64,000 nt of DNA from Azolla caroliniana (taxonomy: Eukaryota > Plantae > Polypodiophyta): contig JBHGNT010000006.1 in NCBI GenBank assembly GCA_043228905.1, positions 6,262,001 through 6,326,000 of the forward strand, in the 5' to 3' direction. Of the stretch, positions 11,301-25,900 are shown piece after piece (positions within the stretch are counted from its first letter, which is position 1; each line of letters starts with the position of its first letter). Position numbers and translations under genes: made by a program. The notes under the pieces are model-generated. The model saw only the letters and a program-made list of their open reading frames with translations. It did not search any database and was not told where the DNA came from.

Positions 11301-14300
11301 GTTATTGAGGAAAGGAGCATATTTCATTTTGAATTCATTGAGTTGGTAAAACTGCATGCCATAATTTTTCTCGTGTAGAAAAAATGAACACATAACCACT
11401 AAATATTGTTATTCCTATGGCTATCTCACTTGGAGATTTCTACGTAAGCTAGTTATGGATGAAGCTGTTTCATCAAGGTCTTATGTCTGCAACTGAGAAC
11501 CAAAGTAGGGAGTCTTTAGTTCGTGCTGTTATTTCTCATAAATTTCTCTTTACTTTAAGAAAAAAACTGCTGATACAGCTTCAATATACCCCCTTTAGTT
11601 ATTTCTATATAAGGAACAAAGAACCCTAATACTAACCATACCTCACCATTATAAATACTAGTATTCAAAATATAAAAGAAGTGTATTAATGAAAGTCTAA
11701 AGTTGATAACTAGTATGTTAAAAGTTGCTTTCATAGAAATGCACATTCACAAATAGTTTAAACAGTATCTACTGTGTAGAGATGTTTAAAATGCAAACAA
11801 ACGTGGCAGCAGATTCAAATGCTGCTTCTCAAATTACAATTTCAAAAGACACTGTAATGATACGGGCAGGTAGTCTCTTGTGAGTGCAACATTGGCACAG
11901 GTTTTAAGGAAATGAAAAATATTAATTGTGTCAAATCAAAATGCGAAATGTTAAATTGCTGAGATGGAAAACCAGATATTTTCTACAGAAAATTGACTTA
12001 CAGTGAATAGCCTCCAAAAGCCACTGTTTGTTTTCTTGTCCCAAACAGATAGCTCAGAACTCTCAATAAACTTCTGAAAAGCTTTCACATATGACTGAGC
12101 TATTACTGAGACATTTCGGCACTGGTCAGGCTCCTTTACAATATTGCACCCTTCCCTGTTTAACACCATGCCAGTGGCCAAAATGACCGATGAGACTGGA
12201 AAAAAGACTGCACCTTATAATGATGTCTCATCTTTGATATTAAATGCATCAATAAAATAGACACTCATCAGTGATTACTGATGCAATTTGAGTATTCATA
12301 AAAAAACAGGTTTTTTATTAGTTTAAAACAAGAATGAAAAAAGGTACAGATTTCCTCATAGGTAAGTGAGAACACATTATACACATAGACACATTAAAAA
12401 TATTACAAATACACATAAATTAAAAGAAGCTTTCTTAGATACAGATTTAACTGTTCTTAACCATGGTGAACTCAGTCACGACATGGGGGAAATACATACT
12501 ATTCACCCAGTTGAAAATCTTAAATACAAAAAATGGCAACTGGATGGTGCTCCTCATTCATAGTGCGAATGTGCATTTTAAACACACATTCTTTTTATGA
12601 AGTATATCTATCCCTGAATTCTTTCATTTTATCAAATCTGTATCTTGATGCAACCATATATGCTCCATAAAAACCAAGATCCTATTGAATTAGCCTCATT
12701 TTAAAACACATCAGGTGAATGAAAGCTTTAGACTATCATGACATTTAATGCCGCTTGAACTTAGGTCCAAATATATTACCTATTTGCAAAAATGTGTGAT
12801 CATTAAAAAAATTAAACAAGAAGCTACAGAAAATGAAGATAAAACAATGAGGAGACAGTGATTATGATTTACTTCATAATGCATGGTTCCTGCATTGCAC
12901 CTAAAACTCATCCCTCTTCTATTATTCACATAGGGTTGGCAAATACCATGACACTTAGATGCACTTCAACTGGCAAGAGAAGTAAGAAGAAAACAGAAAC
13001 GTTACACATTTCAGAAGCACTTCCCATCCTGTTTACAACTTTTATAGTGTCGATAAAGTATAAACTGCTGATACAATTCTCAAGCAACTGGAGAATAAAG
13101 ACAAAATACCTATGCTTTTCTGATTTACAAAATAGACTGACAAATAAGCATGAGTTAACAAACGCCCTTCTTATGAGGGTTCACTTCAACTTGAAAGAAC
13201 TCACAACAAATATCTACTGTGCCTTCCTATTGGCCTTCATATTTTATCATAAGCATCCAATAATACCTCAGCAGTTAACAAGAGAAAACAAGATGTGTAG
13301 CTGTTTGCATGCAGTATGCTGACCAAAATTCTCAGCATCTAGAGTATTAAAATAATTAAATTCTGAAATCTGAAGACATACCGAAAATTGCCAAGAAGAA
13401 ATCCCACCACCCTCTTTCCATCGGACGAATGACCAATTGTGAATTCACATTTATTACGATATCCATCAACAATAGGTGAAGGAATGATACCATCAAAAGG
13501 GCAGCACATGCCTCCTGAAAAATGATAAAGTTAAGTTGACATGGAACCTGGAAGAGGCTTTAAAAAGTGTTTGTGTTTATGATGCAAGCATGAGTCACAG
13601 TTCAATAAAAACAGTCATTCATTAATGCACATGAGAGATGGACCAAATAAATTGAGAATACAAATTATTGGAAACTATTATGTATTTATTAATCATCTGC
13701 TCCCTAACCTTGAAATTTTGCATCAATAACCCATTGTGGAAGCGAAACACCTGGAGATATTGCTTTTCGAACATTGCGCACCTACAAGTATACTTCAACA
13801 GTTAAGAAAGCTGTTCCATCCAAATAAAAAAAGTGATCTTTTACACAAGCATTGGACTAACCAGCTTTTTGAGAAGGTGCGATATTTCACTGCTTTTTTG
13901 GTCAAGTTGTTGTTGGTAAGGCAACTTAGCAAGAGGAGTAACAGCATCACATATATCTGATATTTTGGTGTTACCTTCAATATCAACATTGATGGAGGAA
14001 TTGGCGTTTTCCCTCTCCCAGGCCCGGGGCAAAGCATCTTCCATTTTCAGCATCTTAGAATTCACCAATAAGCCATCAAGTGTCTACAATAAAAAAGATA
14101 ACATCAAGTGGCATATTATAGTAACATAAATTCTCGATGTCACCTCTAAAAGTAAAATTGAATTTCAAAATGATGTTACATTATATGCATTGAATCTCAC
14201 TTTTCTCTACCTGCTTGGCTAGGGCTATGTGCTCATCACTTTCAAATTCTACGAAACCCACAGATGAACGAGGCCTTTTCCTTGATGATCGAAATGAAAT

Positions 14301-14882
14301 TCCCTGCAAATGAGAGGGTCACATATACTGAAAAGTGGAAAGTGTGCAAAACAATGGAAGAAAGAGGTGTGAAGAAGAAGAACCAACATTTTCTGCGAGA
14401 AGCTTATCAAGGTCTTCCGAGCTCCACTTGAGAGGGAGGTCAAGGATGCACTTTTGAAGAGGGTTAGCTACACTCTCTACATTCTGTACAGTTTCCATGG
14501 CTGATTGCTTGAGAGAAGAAATACTGGCCTCGGCACGAGCTACAGAAGAGGTGGGATCCCATGAACCATCAGGCCGGCGCCTGAGCTCACATTCTGCATG
14601 AGCATACCTGCAGCTCTCCCCATGCCTACACATACCAGCTTTCCTAAAGTAGGAGCACAGGCTGCTCTTGAAGAAAGGGTCTTCTTTATCTTTCTCTTTC
14701 TTCTCTTTCTCCTCCTCCTTCTCTACAACCTCTGTTCCACAGCTATCACTATCCAACAGGCCTTTCTTCGGCACCATTGCATCTGCCGTTCCCTCATCAC
14801 CTGCACTGCACATGCTGTTACTGTTCTTCTTATCGCTTTCCATCTCAAACTTAGTTATGCTGCTGCTGCAGAGACTTTCCAT
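8309..14882 (-). CDS. TRM2A: CCCH zinc finger + RRM-like + tRNA (uracil-5)-methyltransferase (TRM2A/TRMT2A homolog, zinc finger CCCH domain protein 24 type)
   Basis: About 14 GT-AG exons, ATG 14882, TAA 8309. CCCH (LCSYFRKAGMCRHGESCRYAH), GYRNKCEFTIG, FRISPTAFFQVNT, SAM motif LFDVCCGTGTIGL, VGIEMN, VDPPRSGLHP, YVSCNPETL, AVDMFPHTPHCE. Confidence 0.94.
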
Positions 14883-16056
14883 GGCCACAACACAGAGCAG
14901 AGCAAATCAAAGTGTTTGTGTTTGTGTTTGTTTCTTTGTGTGTGTGTGTGCGCACATGGATACTCTCTACATAAGAGTTTGGGGTTTTTCCTTCAACGAG
15001 AAAGTAAGCAAGTACATACATACATAGAGGTTCCGAAAGATCGTGATTGCTTCGGCTTCTTCCCCACTAAGGAGAGAGGATCGATTGGTCACCATGCAGT
15101 TGCAATTCAATGCCCATATGGTCCGGTGGTCACACACTTGTTGACTTGACCGACTGATAGCACCCCAAATTAGAACCCATCTTATATGAAGCATGGCCTC
15201 CATTTACACTGTAGCATGGTGGTCTTATGACCCCATGGTTCAACAGTCACCCTCATGTTGACTTGACAAACATGACCTAGACTAGATTCCATCTTATGAC
15301 ACACTTCCTCACTCTATACACTACTCCATTCGGCTCTCCTCCTCCTCCGTCGCCGCCTCTCTCTCTCTCTCTCTCCCTCACTATTAGGACATAATTCCTT
15401 AAGTTGATCCCTCCTATGCACAACCGTCTCTTAACATACCTATATTAACACACAACCCAATAACCAATTTGTTTATGCTTAACACCATACATAATACAAA
15501 GGGTCGTGCTCTTATAGTAAATGCTCGCACCCTTACAACTTGCAACACCACCCAAACTGTATGGGGTTCTCTCTTACATTTAGCCTATGTCTTGCTCTCT
15601 CTTTTATGGGTTTATGAATGATGCTCTCTTTTGATGATTTTGAGACCATTATCACTAATCAATTTATATTCCTCTATTTTAATCAACTTCCATTGCACAT
15701 TCTTATAAAAGTGTAGGTTCAATTTCCTCTAGTGCTCTTCAATCCTACATGCAATAAGGTTTTTGTGCCTACGCTATTTTGTTATTAAGAGTTGAACAAA
15801 ATGGATATTAATCTCTATATTCTACATCACAATATGAAGAGTCAATGCTTTACTAAGTTATTATGCAACTTGTAATTATCGTGTGAAGATCCATGGATAA
15901 TAATCAAAGTGATGGTATAATGATTGTGTGAGGTGAAATCTCTCATAATTAGCTTACCTTAACGGTGGGTTGTTACACTATTAGCATTACATATTGGGTT
16001 CGAAAACTAATTATCTCACCTCTATTACTCCATACATATATCTTAATTTACTAGAT

Positions 16057-16130
16057 GCCCCTGTCAAAAGTAGGGGTTGAACACATCACCTTTTGGTCTC
16101 CATTGGGAAACCTTACCAACTAAGCTCCCT
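16057..16130 (-). mobile_element. tRNA-derived SINE head or tRNA pseudogene
   Basis: Minus strand reads GGGAGCTTAGTTGGTAAGG (A-box-like) ... AAAGGTGATGTGTTCAACCCC (B-box-like) at tRNA spacing; the cloverleaf is degenerate. Confidence 0.45.
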
Positions 16131-16598
16131 CTCACATGCCGTTGGCCCATTTACTTGATCTGCCCCTACTAGATCTACCCATAAAAGATTTGTAAATACA
16201 ATACCATACAACATAAAATCTCATTTGAGGCCTCACTCTTGTCATTGTGAGGTCAAAATGATATTTCATTTCAAACATTTTTCGCTGTTCTGAACCAATC
16301 TTAGTATTCATTGAAAGTTCATAAACAATCTTAGAACATAAGCACTATTTAACATGATGTAAAGCAAGGGATGTTCAAGATGAGATTTGCTCAAATTTTA
16401 ATATCAACAGACAATGAAGCATGTAAATACTATTTAACAACGGTATAAAGCAAGGGAGTTTTGAGATAATATTTGCTTTAAATCATTATTTTAATATGAA
16501 CAGAACATGAAGTCAATCTTGTTGAATCTGGGATAGAACTGCAGGTCGACAAGAGTTCTTGCTGCTGCATTAAGAAGGCATGCATATCAGGTTTATAA

Positions 16599-16806
16599 TC
16601 AAACTTGGATGCCACACACCAGATTCGCAGGTACAGCCACATCAAACATCTTCGGATATGGCAATCCTAAATCTGAAAGCGATAAGTAAAGATAGAAATA
16701 ATGTCAAATTACTTGGCAAACAAAACACCGACCTTAATCAGATATAAAATACTCAATACTTACTGTTCATTATGTTTTTATATGTTTCCTGGAACAAGAA
16801 ATAATG

Positions 16807-16855
<49 letters not shown>

Positions 16856-19800
16856 AGACAGGCAGTTTTTAGACGACCAGACGACCACTCTTTATCATAA
16901 ATCCTAACTTTGTTCTGCATTGCCTCATTGATGGTGCAGAAGCGAGGAAAAAGAGGTTATTTTGAGCCTTTAATACAATACCACACAAGAGGCTCTTTCA
17001 TTGCCTCAAATGATTGGGGCTACCCTAAGAGATTATTTTGGCCAAGATCTATATGACAAGTGACAGGTAGAGTGTATATAATGCCCGAAAGCCTGTTAAA
17101 ACCCATTGCTAGCACCATTGATGTGAATCAAGCATTTCCTCTCTATTTGATGCTTTTTGGACTCTTGCATCGGAAGAATGCAGATCCTTTTCCTGATTAC
17201 AGTACCTACCCTGGCAAGTAACTAATTTATCATTATAAATAAAGTTATCTGAGTTGTTGATGGATACACAGATTAAGGCATTACAAAAACTTACCCATGT
17301 TCTCCTACAATGCATTGTGCAACCTGGCTATTTAGAGGATTTCTAATATAGTTTATGTTCTCCAGTACAATGTTCAAGCTTTTATTTTGAGCAAGATTGT
17401 ATAGATACCTCATCTTTTGTTAGTCGGGGGTTGTACACAGATTCTTCCCCCACTGTTGTCACCTGGAAGATGGGATCAACAAATGAGAAATTATAAAATA
17501 TTGGAAATTATGGGAAAGAATTGACTATATGAACAATGATGCAGAGGTCTACATTTCATCTACAGCTACAAAAATCTATTTCCCAAACTGAAACTTGTCA
17601 TATTGACTGAGGTAAATAATTTTTGCCATATATACTTTATATAAATGGTTTCTTCACTGCAGCAACAATGATTTTGATGGTGATACTGATAGATTTTGAA
17701 AACAAACGAAGTTCTTACAGAGAATCCCTTGTAATCATGTGCAGGATAAATAAGGGTGTCCTTTGGTAATGTGAAGATCTGTACAGAAAAAAAAACAAGA
17801 TAATGCTCAATAAAAATCAACAAGACACGAGAAAATCATTTATAAAGAATAAAAAAGTTCAATACTGAATATTGGAGAATAAAGACCATGGTTTTTATTG
17901 AAGGATCTGTTAATATCCTTTAGCTTGTGACTTAAAACTATTGTATTTGAAATTCCCTCCTAAATTCTCTTCAGTATAGCTGGAAATATATAATCTAGGG
18001 CAAAGCTCATGGCTTCACCAGTTCCCTCACATTTCTTGAGTCCACTGATACATAGCATAGCTACAAACTAATAATTACTGCATGCTTATGAAAAATCAGG
18101 TTTGGGTTTATCGTATTTCCTTAAACTTGTTATTCTCGGAAAAAATAAAGCCCTACCTTCACAGAGTAATTTTAACTTGGCATTTATTGACATGTATCAG
18201 TGTAGTGAAAGCCACAGGAAATTGCACGCATACAAGGTAGAAGAAGATCAAGGAAGGTGTGAGGGTTCAAAGCAAGCAGCAAACAAAAATATAAATATAA
18301 GATTTAAGTTTTCATGGTCAAATGTGTATTGTTTATTGTAGATTAAGATAGATGGATGAACAATGATATTTATAAGAGATCTTTTTCGTATTGACAGAGG
18401 TTATGGTTATGCACATGATGAGAACTGTGTATATAAATATTTGTAAAATATAAATATAAATATGAGGTAGACGAAGTTCAAGGGTTCCACAGATACTTGG
18501 ATGGTGTAAGGGTCAAAGCAAGCACCAAAACAAATATAAATATAAGACTGAAGTCTTCATTTTTTCAATAAATGTGTATCGTTTATCCTAGATTAAGATA
18601 GATGGATGAATAATTATATTTGTAAGAATTAATTTTTTACGTATTGTCCAGAGGTTATGGGTATGCACATGATGAGAATTGAGTGGATTTGGTGCTTTAA
18701 TGCATTTCCAAAAGTAAATCTTGTATCTATAATATCTCCCTGCTTGAATTTAGTGCTTGGATGCAAGGGCTGAGTTCAAGGTGATGTGATGATCAACAAA
18801 ATATTCACGGTTTGCAACTGTGCCACAAAATTACTCAAGGAAATAAAAGCATAACAAAAGGATAAGTATAGGTCAAGGCAACACAGAACTTGGAGCTGCG
18901 ATTATAGGTTCACGTATCCATGCATGTCTTCTTTCTTGCACTCATGACTCGTGTCCTTGTAACATATGCTCTCATAAATTGCCAATAGTAAAAGACTTCA
19001 CAAAACATTACGAAGCTTTTAAAAAATGTAAATAGCCCAAAAAAATCTTAAGCAAATAAAAATAAACTGCTCAGTTCCAACCTGAGAATGAACCGACTTA
19101 TAAAGTTGGCCTGCATCACCTCCCTGAAATAAATTGAATAAAAAAATTATTTTGAAGTAAACGAAACTACAAAATATTCATTCTTACTATTGGAATTTTG
19201 TAATGGCCATACTTGGAAATCAGTTCTCCCACATCCACGAATAAGGAGGGCATCTCCGGTAAATGCCATTCTTGGATTTGGCTGTTCAGCTCCATCATCA
19301 GTTACATATGTAACACAACCTGCAGTGTGTCCAGGTGTTGCTCGGACCTGCAATGAGCATATAAAGACCATTACTGCCGCTGTTGGTAAAGAGGTACATG
19401 TTTTTTATTCCAAGGCTAATTTCATCTAGTACTGTTCTTGTCAACAGCTTTATCTGCATGACGTCTTCCATGCTTCCAAGGCTTGCAACCTAAAATTCCT
19501 AATAGAACAACCAAAGAAAACCTATTCATGGGACACGTTTCCTGGGTGAATTCCGAAACAATTATTGCTGCAGTGCACCCATTCCTACTGCAATTCAGCT
19601 TATCGACTACTCTGTCACGAGTTTTTCTAATCTCACAGAAAGCCATGCACACAAACTTTCAGATGGATCAATAATGTTCAGATAATCCAACATAGAGCAT
19701 ATGATTGTACAAACTTCTGCAATAGGAAATCTATGATTTCTTTATGCTGGTAACTATCAATGCAAACATGCTTTGAACCATTCCAAATAGCACCAAAATT

Positions 19801-22800
19801 CCACTACAAGATGCAAGACATTTGGTGCAATAGGCTGATTCAGACTTTACTAAGCTACATCACATGTAAAGCTGTCGCAACAAATAACCAACATTGACAA
19901 AACTCTGGCATTTTCTCTAAATTTATTTACCAGGATCATGGAGCCAAAAGGTCAGAGCAAACTTTCGATAAAAAAATAAAATTCTATGACATGTATTCGA
20001 GTAGAACATAGTACAACACGTCATTTTCCACCTCAATATGCTAATGGATAAGCTAGATCATGCATATGTGTAGATTTTAAAAGGCCTTTTGACTAAGAGT
20101 GTTCATACCAAGACAAATGCCTTAATGGTAAATGTAAATTTTGGAGTAACTTGAGATCACAGTACATAGAATAGAAACACTACTGTTTTGTTTTTGCATA
20201 GAGACATCTAGCAATAAACCAGAGGAAGCCTTGAAGGCATTATATAATGACAGTTAAAAGCCTATTTACATTATTCGTGTGCATCTATATGATATGCACA
20301 AAACTATGACCAAGTTATAATAATTCATAGAATTCACATAAGAAAGACGAGCCATAGCATGGGAAGAACCGTTGAAAGAATATTAAAGTAGGCAACAATA
20401 CTACAATAGATACGAAAACTTTTAACAATTTGCAGAACAATCATTTCAAATTTTATATTTTGGATTATTTAACTGATATTTATCGAACATTGACTTATAT
20501 TCAACTCTTCTAAGTGCAATGTGCATCTCTAAGACAGAAGTACTTGGAATGCTTTATAGGGAAGTTTAAATGGGATTTCAAAACAAAATAATGCTTACCT
20601 CTAAAACTAGGTTCCCGACTTGAATCTTGTCACCTGGATCTACATGTACATCAGCTTTTGCACCACTCGCCTTTGAAATCAATGACTGAACTCCTGGTAT
20701 CCGTGTCTATAAAATAGAATTTACATACAGAAAACAATAGACCATTTTTTAATGGGCCTAGATCATAAAGTTTAAAAAACAAATTGAGACAACTGCAATC
20801 ATCTTCAAAAGAGCAAACTGTAGAGAAGAGATGGTATATTGTTCCTGATGTGTTAAGGAAAGAAAGCACCATTTGTTAAGAGAATCAGATTCAAAGGATT
20901 GGGTAAGTGCATTATCACTACATGATCCCAACTTGATAAGGCAATCTGATTCAAACATTCTGACTACATCCATTATGAGCATGCATTTGTCATTTTATGC
21001 AATCCATTGATACAACAGTTTAACAAAATACATGCTATAAGAGAATGAATTTACAGCTAGTTTTCTCCTCCCCAAGGTATATTCCCATCTCCAACTTTCT
21101 TTCATTTACTAGAGGATTTTCTTTCCAATCCTACACTTTATACTTCATATGGAATTTCCAATGCTACCATTTCTAATGAGGCATCATATGGAATAAATAA
21201 AACTAGGTATTTTGTGGGAATTCGCAAATGGCGGTAGCCCAATCAAACTATCATCTAGGTATATCAATGAAGAAACACTCCTTGAGATTTTGTACTAGCT
21301 AAGCCTTAATTCAATGTTCAATATGTTAGACTGCTCCTGGAAAAGGAAGTTGGCACCCTGATTGCCCCAAAGATCGAATTCCCTTCTGATTTTTCTTTAT
21401 GATAATTAATAGTAAATACCATAAGAGAACCTAAAACCTAAAAATACCTATTTCAGCAACTAGATCCTGTACATAGAGCCTCTATGGTACTCTCAAACAT
21501 AACAGTAAAAAGAGAACAAATCAGCTGCAAGACCAGCAATTGTCGACATTATAAAATGACTCCATTTGAAGTTCTACATCAAGAAAGGTTTGCTTCAATA
21601 AGACAAGTCTGATCATGCTTGTCACCTCTTCAAAACAGTGAGTGGGCTTTCAACATTATGAAATGATCTCCATTTCATGGTCTACATCAACAATGGTTTT
21701 GCTTGAATAAGGCAAGTCTTATCATGTTTGTCTCCTCTTCAAAAGATATCTTTAGTCCACTCACAGATAACTTTTAAGTGACTTAATATACGACCTAACT
21801 TAAAGTGACTTTATATGCACAACTTTAAGATTGCACGCACACATCACCACACATCAGAATCCAACACTAACAGGAATGACGTCATGATGATCCAGCAGCC
21901 ATTTCATTCTAGCCATGCAATGCCACCTTGCCCTATTTGAAAAATACCATAAAATAATTATTATATAATTTGGTAAAACAAAATCAAAACATACAACCTC
22001 TTGGTGTCATCTTCATGGCTACTATGCAAATCAAGCTTAAAAAATTGCAGTTGCATTACAAAAATACAGGGAATGTTTAATTTGCCAACAATTTACCTTA
22101 ATCAAACCAGTCCCTGTCACATGATCCGCATGCACATGCGTATTCATGGCATATATCAACTTTAACCCAAGCTCCTTGATAAGGTTCACATCTCTATCAA
22201 CAGTCGTATCGACCGGATCTATCAACTGAAAATAAGCATCATTCATTATTTAGAATGCTTAAGTATATACAGAATATTTTGTGTGACTTTAACATTTAAA
22301 ACATTGCGGAATATCTGATTATTAAATAAGCATGTAATTTTGACAGATAGAAAATTCAAAATTTTACAAACATACATCCATTAAATCGGACGTATGTGCA
22401 TTTAGCACATAGAGCATACCTAAGTATCCAAATAAAAATGGATAAAAGCATTGTAGTGAGGCACTCAACCTCATTGAAGAAATTTGTAATTAGATTTATA
22501 CACTATAATCTACAACGAAATGGTAATGTTTGATTCTTTAAAGTGGGATGTCTGTATGTATCCAGTTCAGGACGAGTTTGGTCTAGTTTCTGAATTCTTT
22601 TTGTTGATCCCAATATCATTTGCAATAGATGCAGTCAAACAATTTGAAGAAGCAATCCTCAGTCCATTTGGTCCGTGTTTAAGGATAAACTTGATTATAG
22701 TTCAAAGGCAAAATCTCTCTATCCGTGCACTTAGACTTTCATTTGACGAAATATCCGTGCAAATAGTGTATTTGTTGTACAAGTACACAAGATTATCACA

Positions 22801-23341
22801 TTCTGATGTGTAGAATTCAATGTTGGTTCAGCACTGTAACTTCTTACCACGTGTGATGTAACTAAGGAGATTCCTTGGTCTCCTTGAATTTTATTATTAG
22901 ATATCTAGCTAGCCACAAGCGGTTAGTGTGGGTGGTGGTGCATGCCATGGGGGAGCAGAGATTCGTGAACTGTTTCTAGATTTCTTGCCGTGAAGTGCGA
23001 ATTCCTCTAGCAATAGAGACAAAGGAGGAGGCGGGAATTACCACGGCAGGTTTGTCAGGGTGCGCAACATCCGCAAGCAGGTAGGTGTAGGTGGACGACT
23101 CTTTCTCGAACAGCTGACGGAACAGCAATCCGACGCGGGCCGGAGGTTCAGCCATGGAAGTAGCGGTAGCCAAAAGCCTGCTGCTGGCGCTGCGGCAAAG
23201 GAGAGGATGATACAGCTGCGAAGAAGAAGAAGAAGAAGAAGAAGAAGAAGAGCAGCGGCGGGTAGCTGCAGAGAAGAGAAAGAGCGGGGAAAGAGAAGAG
23301 CGGGGGAGGGAATGGGAGGAGGCACGGAGCACCATCATCAT
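16599..23341 (-). CDS. ETHE1: Mitochondrial persulfide dioxygenase ETHE1 (GLX2-3)
   Basis: Nine exons (~23341-23042, 22228-22098, 20708-20600, 19348-19214, 19124-19082, 17779-17719, 17462-17409, 16788-16764, 16672-16599): [81 protein letters not shown]. Confidence 0.96.
18255..18685. repeat. Diverged ~250-bp tandem duplication in an ETHE1 intron
   Basis: CAAAGCAAGCA..., TAGATTAAGATAGATGGATGAA and CAGAGGTTATGG.TATGCACATGATGAGAA each occur twice. Confidence 0.8.
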
Positions 23342-24559
23342 CCTTCACTGTGCCTCCGCTAATATATACATTCAGTGTGCCTGGTCTCTCTCTCTCTGTG
23401 GAAGCTACCAACGAAGTTGCCTTCCTAATTCTGTTTTATTTATATTACGTGTGTGTGCCCTCTACTTAAGTAATAGTAGTAGTAGCCTCTTTTGGATTTG
23501 TTTTATAATATATACGTATGTGTAATGTGTGTGTCTGTGTGTTTTTCTAGCCCATTGTTTCGGGTTCCCCTATATTTATTTTGCTTGCGCCGAGATTCCT
23601 TTCTAGTTTCGCTCTTTCTGTGGGTGGGTTTCATCATCATAGCCTGCTCTTCACCGTGCCCCTCGATAATATTTAGACCCATACCCTCCTCCCCCAACCC
23701 CAAATATGAAGTTTTTTTCATTGCACCTTGTTTCGTGAATAAAGCCACCAGAGTGGTCACGCAACCTGTATGAACATATGTGTATGTTTTTTTATTCCGA
23801 GATATGTGTCACTTGTGGGCTTTTCTTTCTTTAATCTCGTACCTAAGGCACATAATGTGTTTTCTAGAAATCCTGTATGGGGGAGAATCCTTTATTGCTC
23901 GACAACAATGTACATATGTGGGTGGTGTGCGTGTATCCTTTTTAATTCCAAACATATTTGACGGTCCTTAATGGCATGGTAGAAAACTAATTTATCCTAC
24001 AATAGATAACCATAATCAAAAGTCCTAAAATCCAATTGTTTTAGCATTTGGATTTAACAACAACTTTTTGACAATAAGATGTACGAAAGTAACAAAATTC
24101 ACCAACATAAAAATCATTTTCACTTTATCATCACTATATACAAAGGCATTGATTCCAAAGTCACAATCCCCGTTAAACCAACTTACTCCTTCACACATTT
24201 TCCACGAACCAAAACAACATCTATCTCTTAAAACAACCCATTTTTATAGAATGTCCTCATGCATTCAATTCAACTTACCATGTTTGGATAGGAATATCTA
24301 TTATGGATTACAGTAATCCTTTGAGAGAGAGAGAGAGAGATCATGTCACACTACCCTTGTAGTGCTGACCACACTCAAATGTGGTACCATTGTTTTGTTT
24401 TTCACGCACATTTATTAATATAATTGTGAGTTGAGTTTTCCCCTAAATGTGTGAAGGAGTAAGTCGCAACTACAAAACGTAGGAACAATAGTAATCTTTT
24501 ACTGATAGAGGTACTCACGTCTAGTGGGATAAAAAAGAACATCTCTAGCCTAAATTCAA

Positions 24560-25241
24560 TCACATGGAAAATCTTGGGTTGGTAATTGTGCAAAATGTTA
24601 TTTTAGAGTGACATGGGCAAGTCATGGCCTTCAATAACTAGGTTTCATAGATCTATTGGATATGATCATATTTGCCAATCATTACCTATATTGCATATTC
24701 TTGCAACTGAAAATTCAAGTCTGCTTGACTCCATTTGTACAAAAAAACATTCCTATGTTTTTGTTCAAGACGACTTGGATCATATTGTTCTATCTGTGTC
24801 AAGCTTCATGTTCAAGTCCAAGTATTCTGATAAGGATAACGGTTAATTCAATTGGGCTCAAGAGTTACACTCTTGATACATCATTTATCCATGGCTAGAT
24901 AAATTATGTGGCCATCTGGATCTCTTCTCACATATTCATCTTCACCTAGTGTTTCACTTGTGTCTTCTAGTGGAGCCTTATATCTACAACAACTATCTAC
25001 AAGACATAGTTGCACAACCACCTTTAGTTCAACTTGTTGATGGTTTAGAGTATAAGGTTGAGGCTATTTTGAACTCCAAGGTTATGTGCAATAGACTATA
25101 GTACTTGGTGGGTTGGTCAGGCCACATGCCCAATAATGATCAAACTAGGGAAGCCGCCAACAATCTTGCTAAGGCACGCTCTTTTTTGTTGAAGAAATCT
25201 CATAAATGATATCCTAATAAGGCAAGTCCTAGTTTTTGCGT
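24560..25241 (+). mobile_element. Degenerate Ty3/gypsy chromovirus remnant (integrase C-terminus + chromodomain), Tcn1-like
   Basis: Translates with stops as DGLEYKVEAILNSKVMCNRL*YLVGWSGHMPNNDQT; homologous to the minus-strand copy at 59.0-59.7 kb. Confidence 0.75.
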
Positions 25242-25493
25242 TGTCATGGTTTTTCGCGGCTTGCGGGTCGGCTTGGGCGGGCTCACCAGGGAGAAACGGT
25301 GACAGGAGAGCCACGCTTCGTTGGTATTGATCGCTTCGACTAGGATGCCAACCAAGTCGTCTTCTCAACTGCACCGGGTGCAACCTATTGAGAGAGAGAT
25401 ATAGGAACGCCCACGCTTATGCACAGGAACCGGTAAGAGAGAAAGTGTGATGAAATATCCGAATAGGAAACGACACGTTGTACACAACCATAA

Positions 25494-25563
<70 letters not shown>

Positions 25564-25900
25564 AATAGTTGCTTGTACCTACGGCTTCGAGCCAAACAAA
25601 ACAAACTAGATACAATGAGTATTTATAGGCAAGCCCCTAGTCGAGGAGCTCTTGGGCTCACACCTGTGAGTGGAGGCCTTGCACAATAGTCTACGAAGAA
25701 CACCGAAACCTTACGAGCATTCGAGCTCAAGAAACCCTTGATGAATAGAGAACCTATCGACTAAACCCTAATAGAAACCCAAAACCTCGACGAGCATTCT
25801 AGATTTTGTATGAGGGCATCAGAGCCTTTAAGGTTTTGTGGTTGTAGGAGGAGTATAGGTAGGAATTGGTTATGTAGTCATTTTGAGGTTTGTTCAAAGA
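25242..25900 (-). mobile_element. LTR-like sequence in reverse orientation interrupting the chromovirus remnant (other end not resolved)
   Basis: Abrupt TGTCATGG terminus at 25242; CTATAAATA TATA box on the minus strand at ~25620; terminus resembles the LTRs at 56.8 and 59.7 kb. Confidence 0.5.

Noticed and set aside
204-14882. Functional clustering of two RNA methyltransferase genes (NOP2, TRM2A)
   Set aside because: Separated by unrelated ndhU and on opposite strands; adjacency is plausibly chance
18669-18775. ATGATGA...CTGA C/D-like pair in an ETHE1 intron
   Set aside because: Antisense to the host gene, no terminal stem or recognisable guide
24348-24373. CACTAC...GTAGTG mini-hairpin (CACTA or Helitron end?)
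   Set aside because: No associated element or TSD identified
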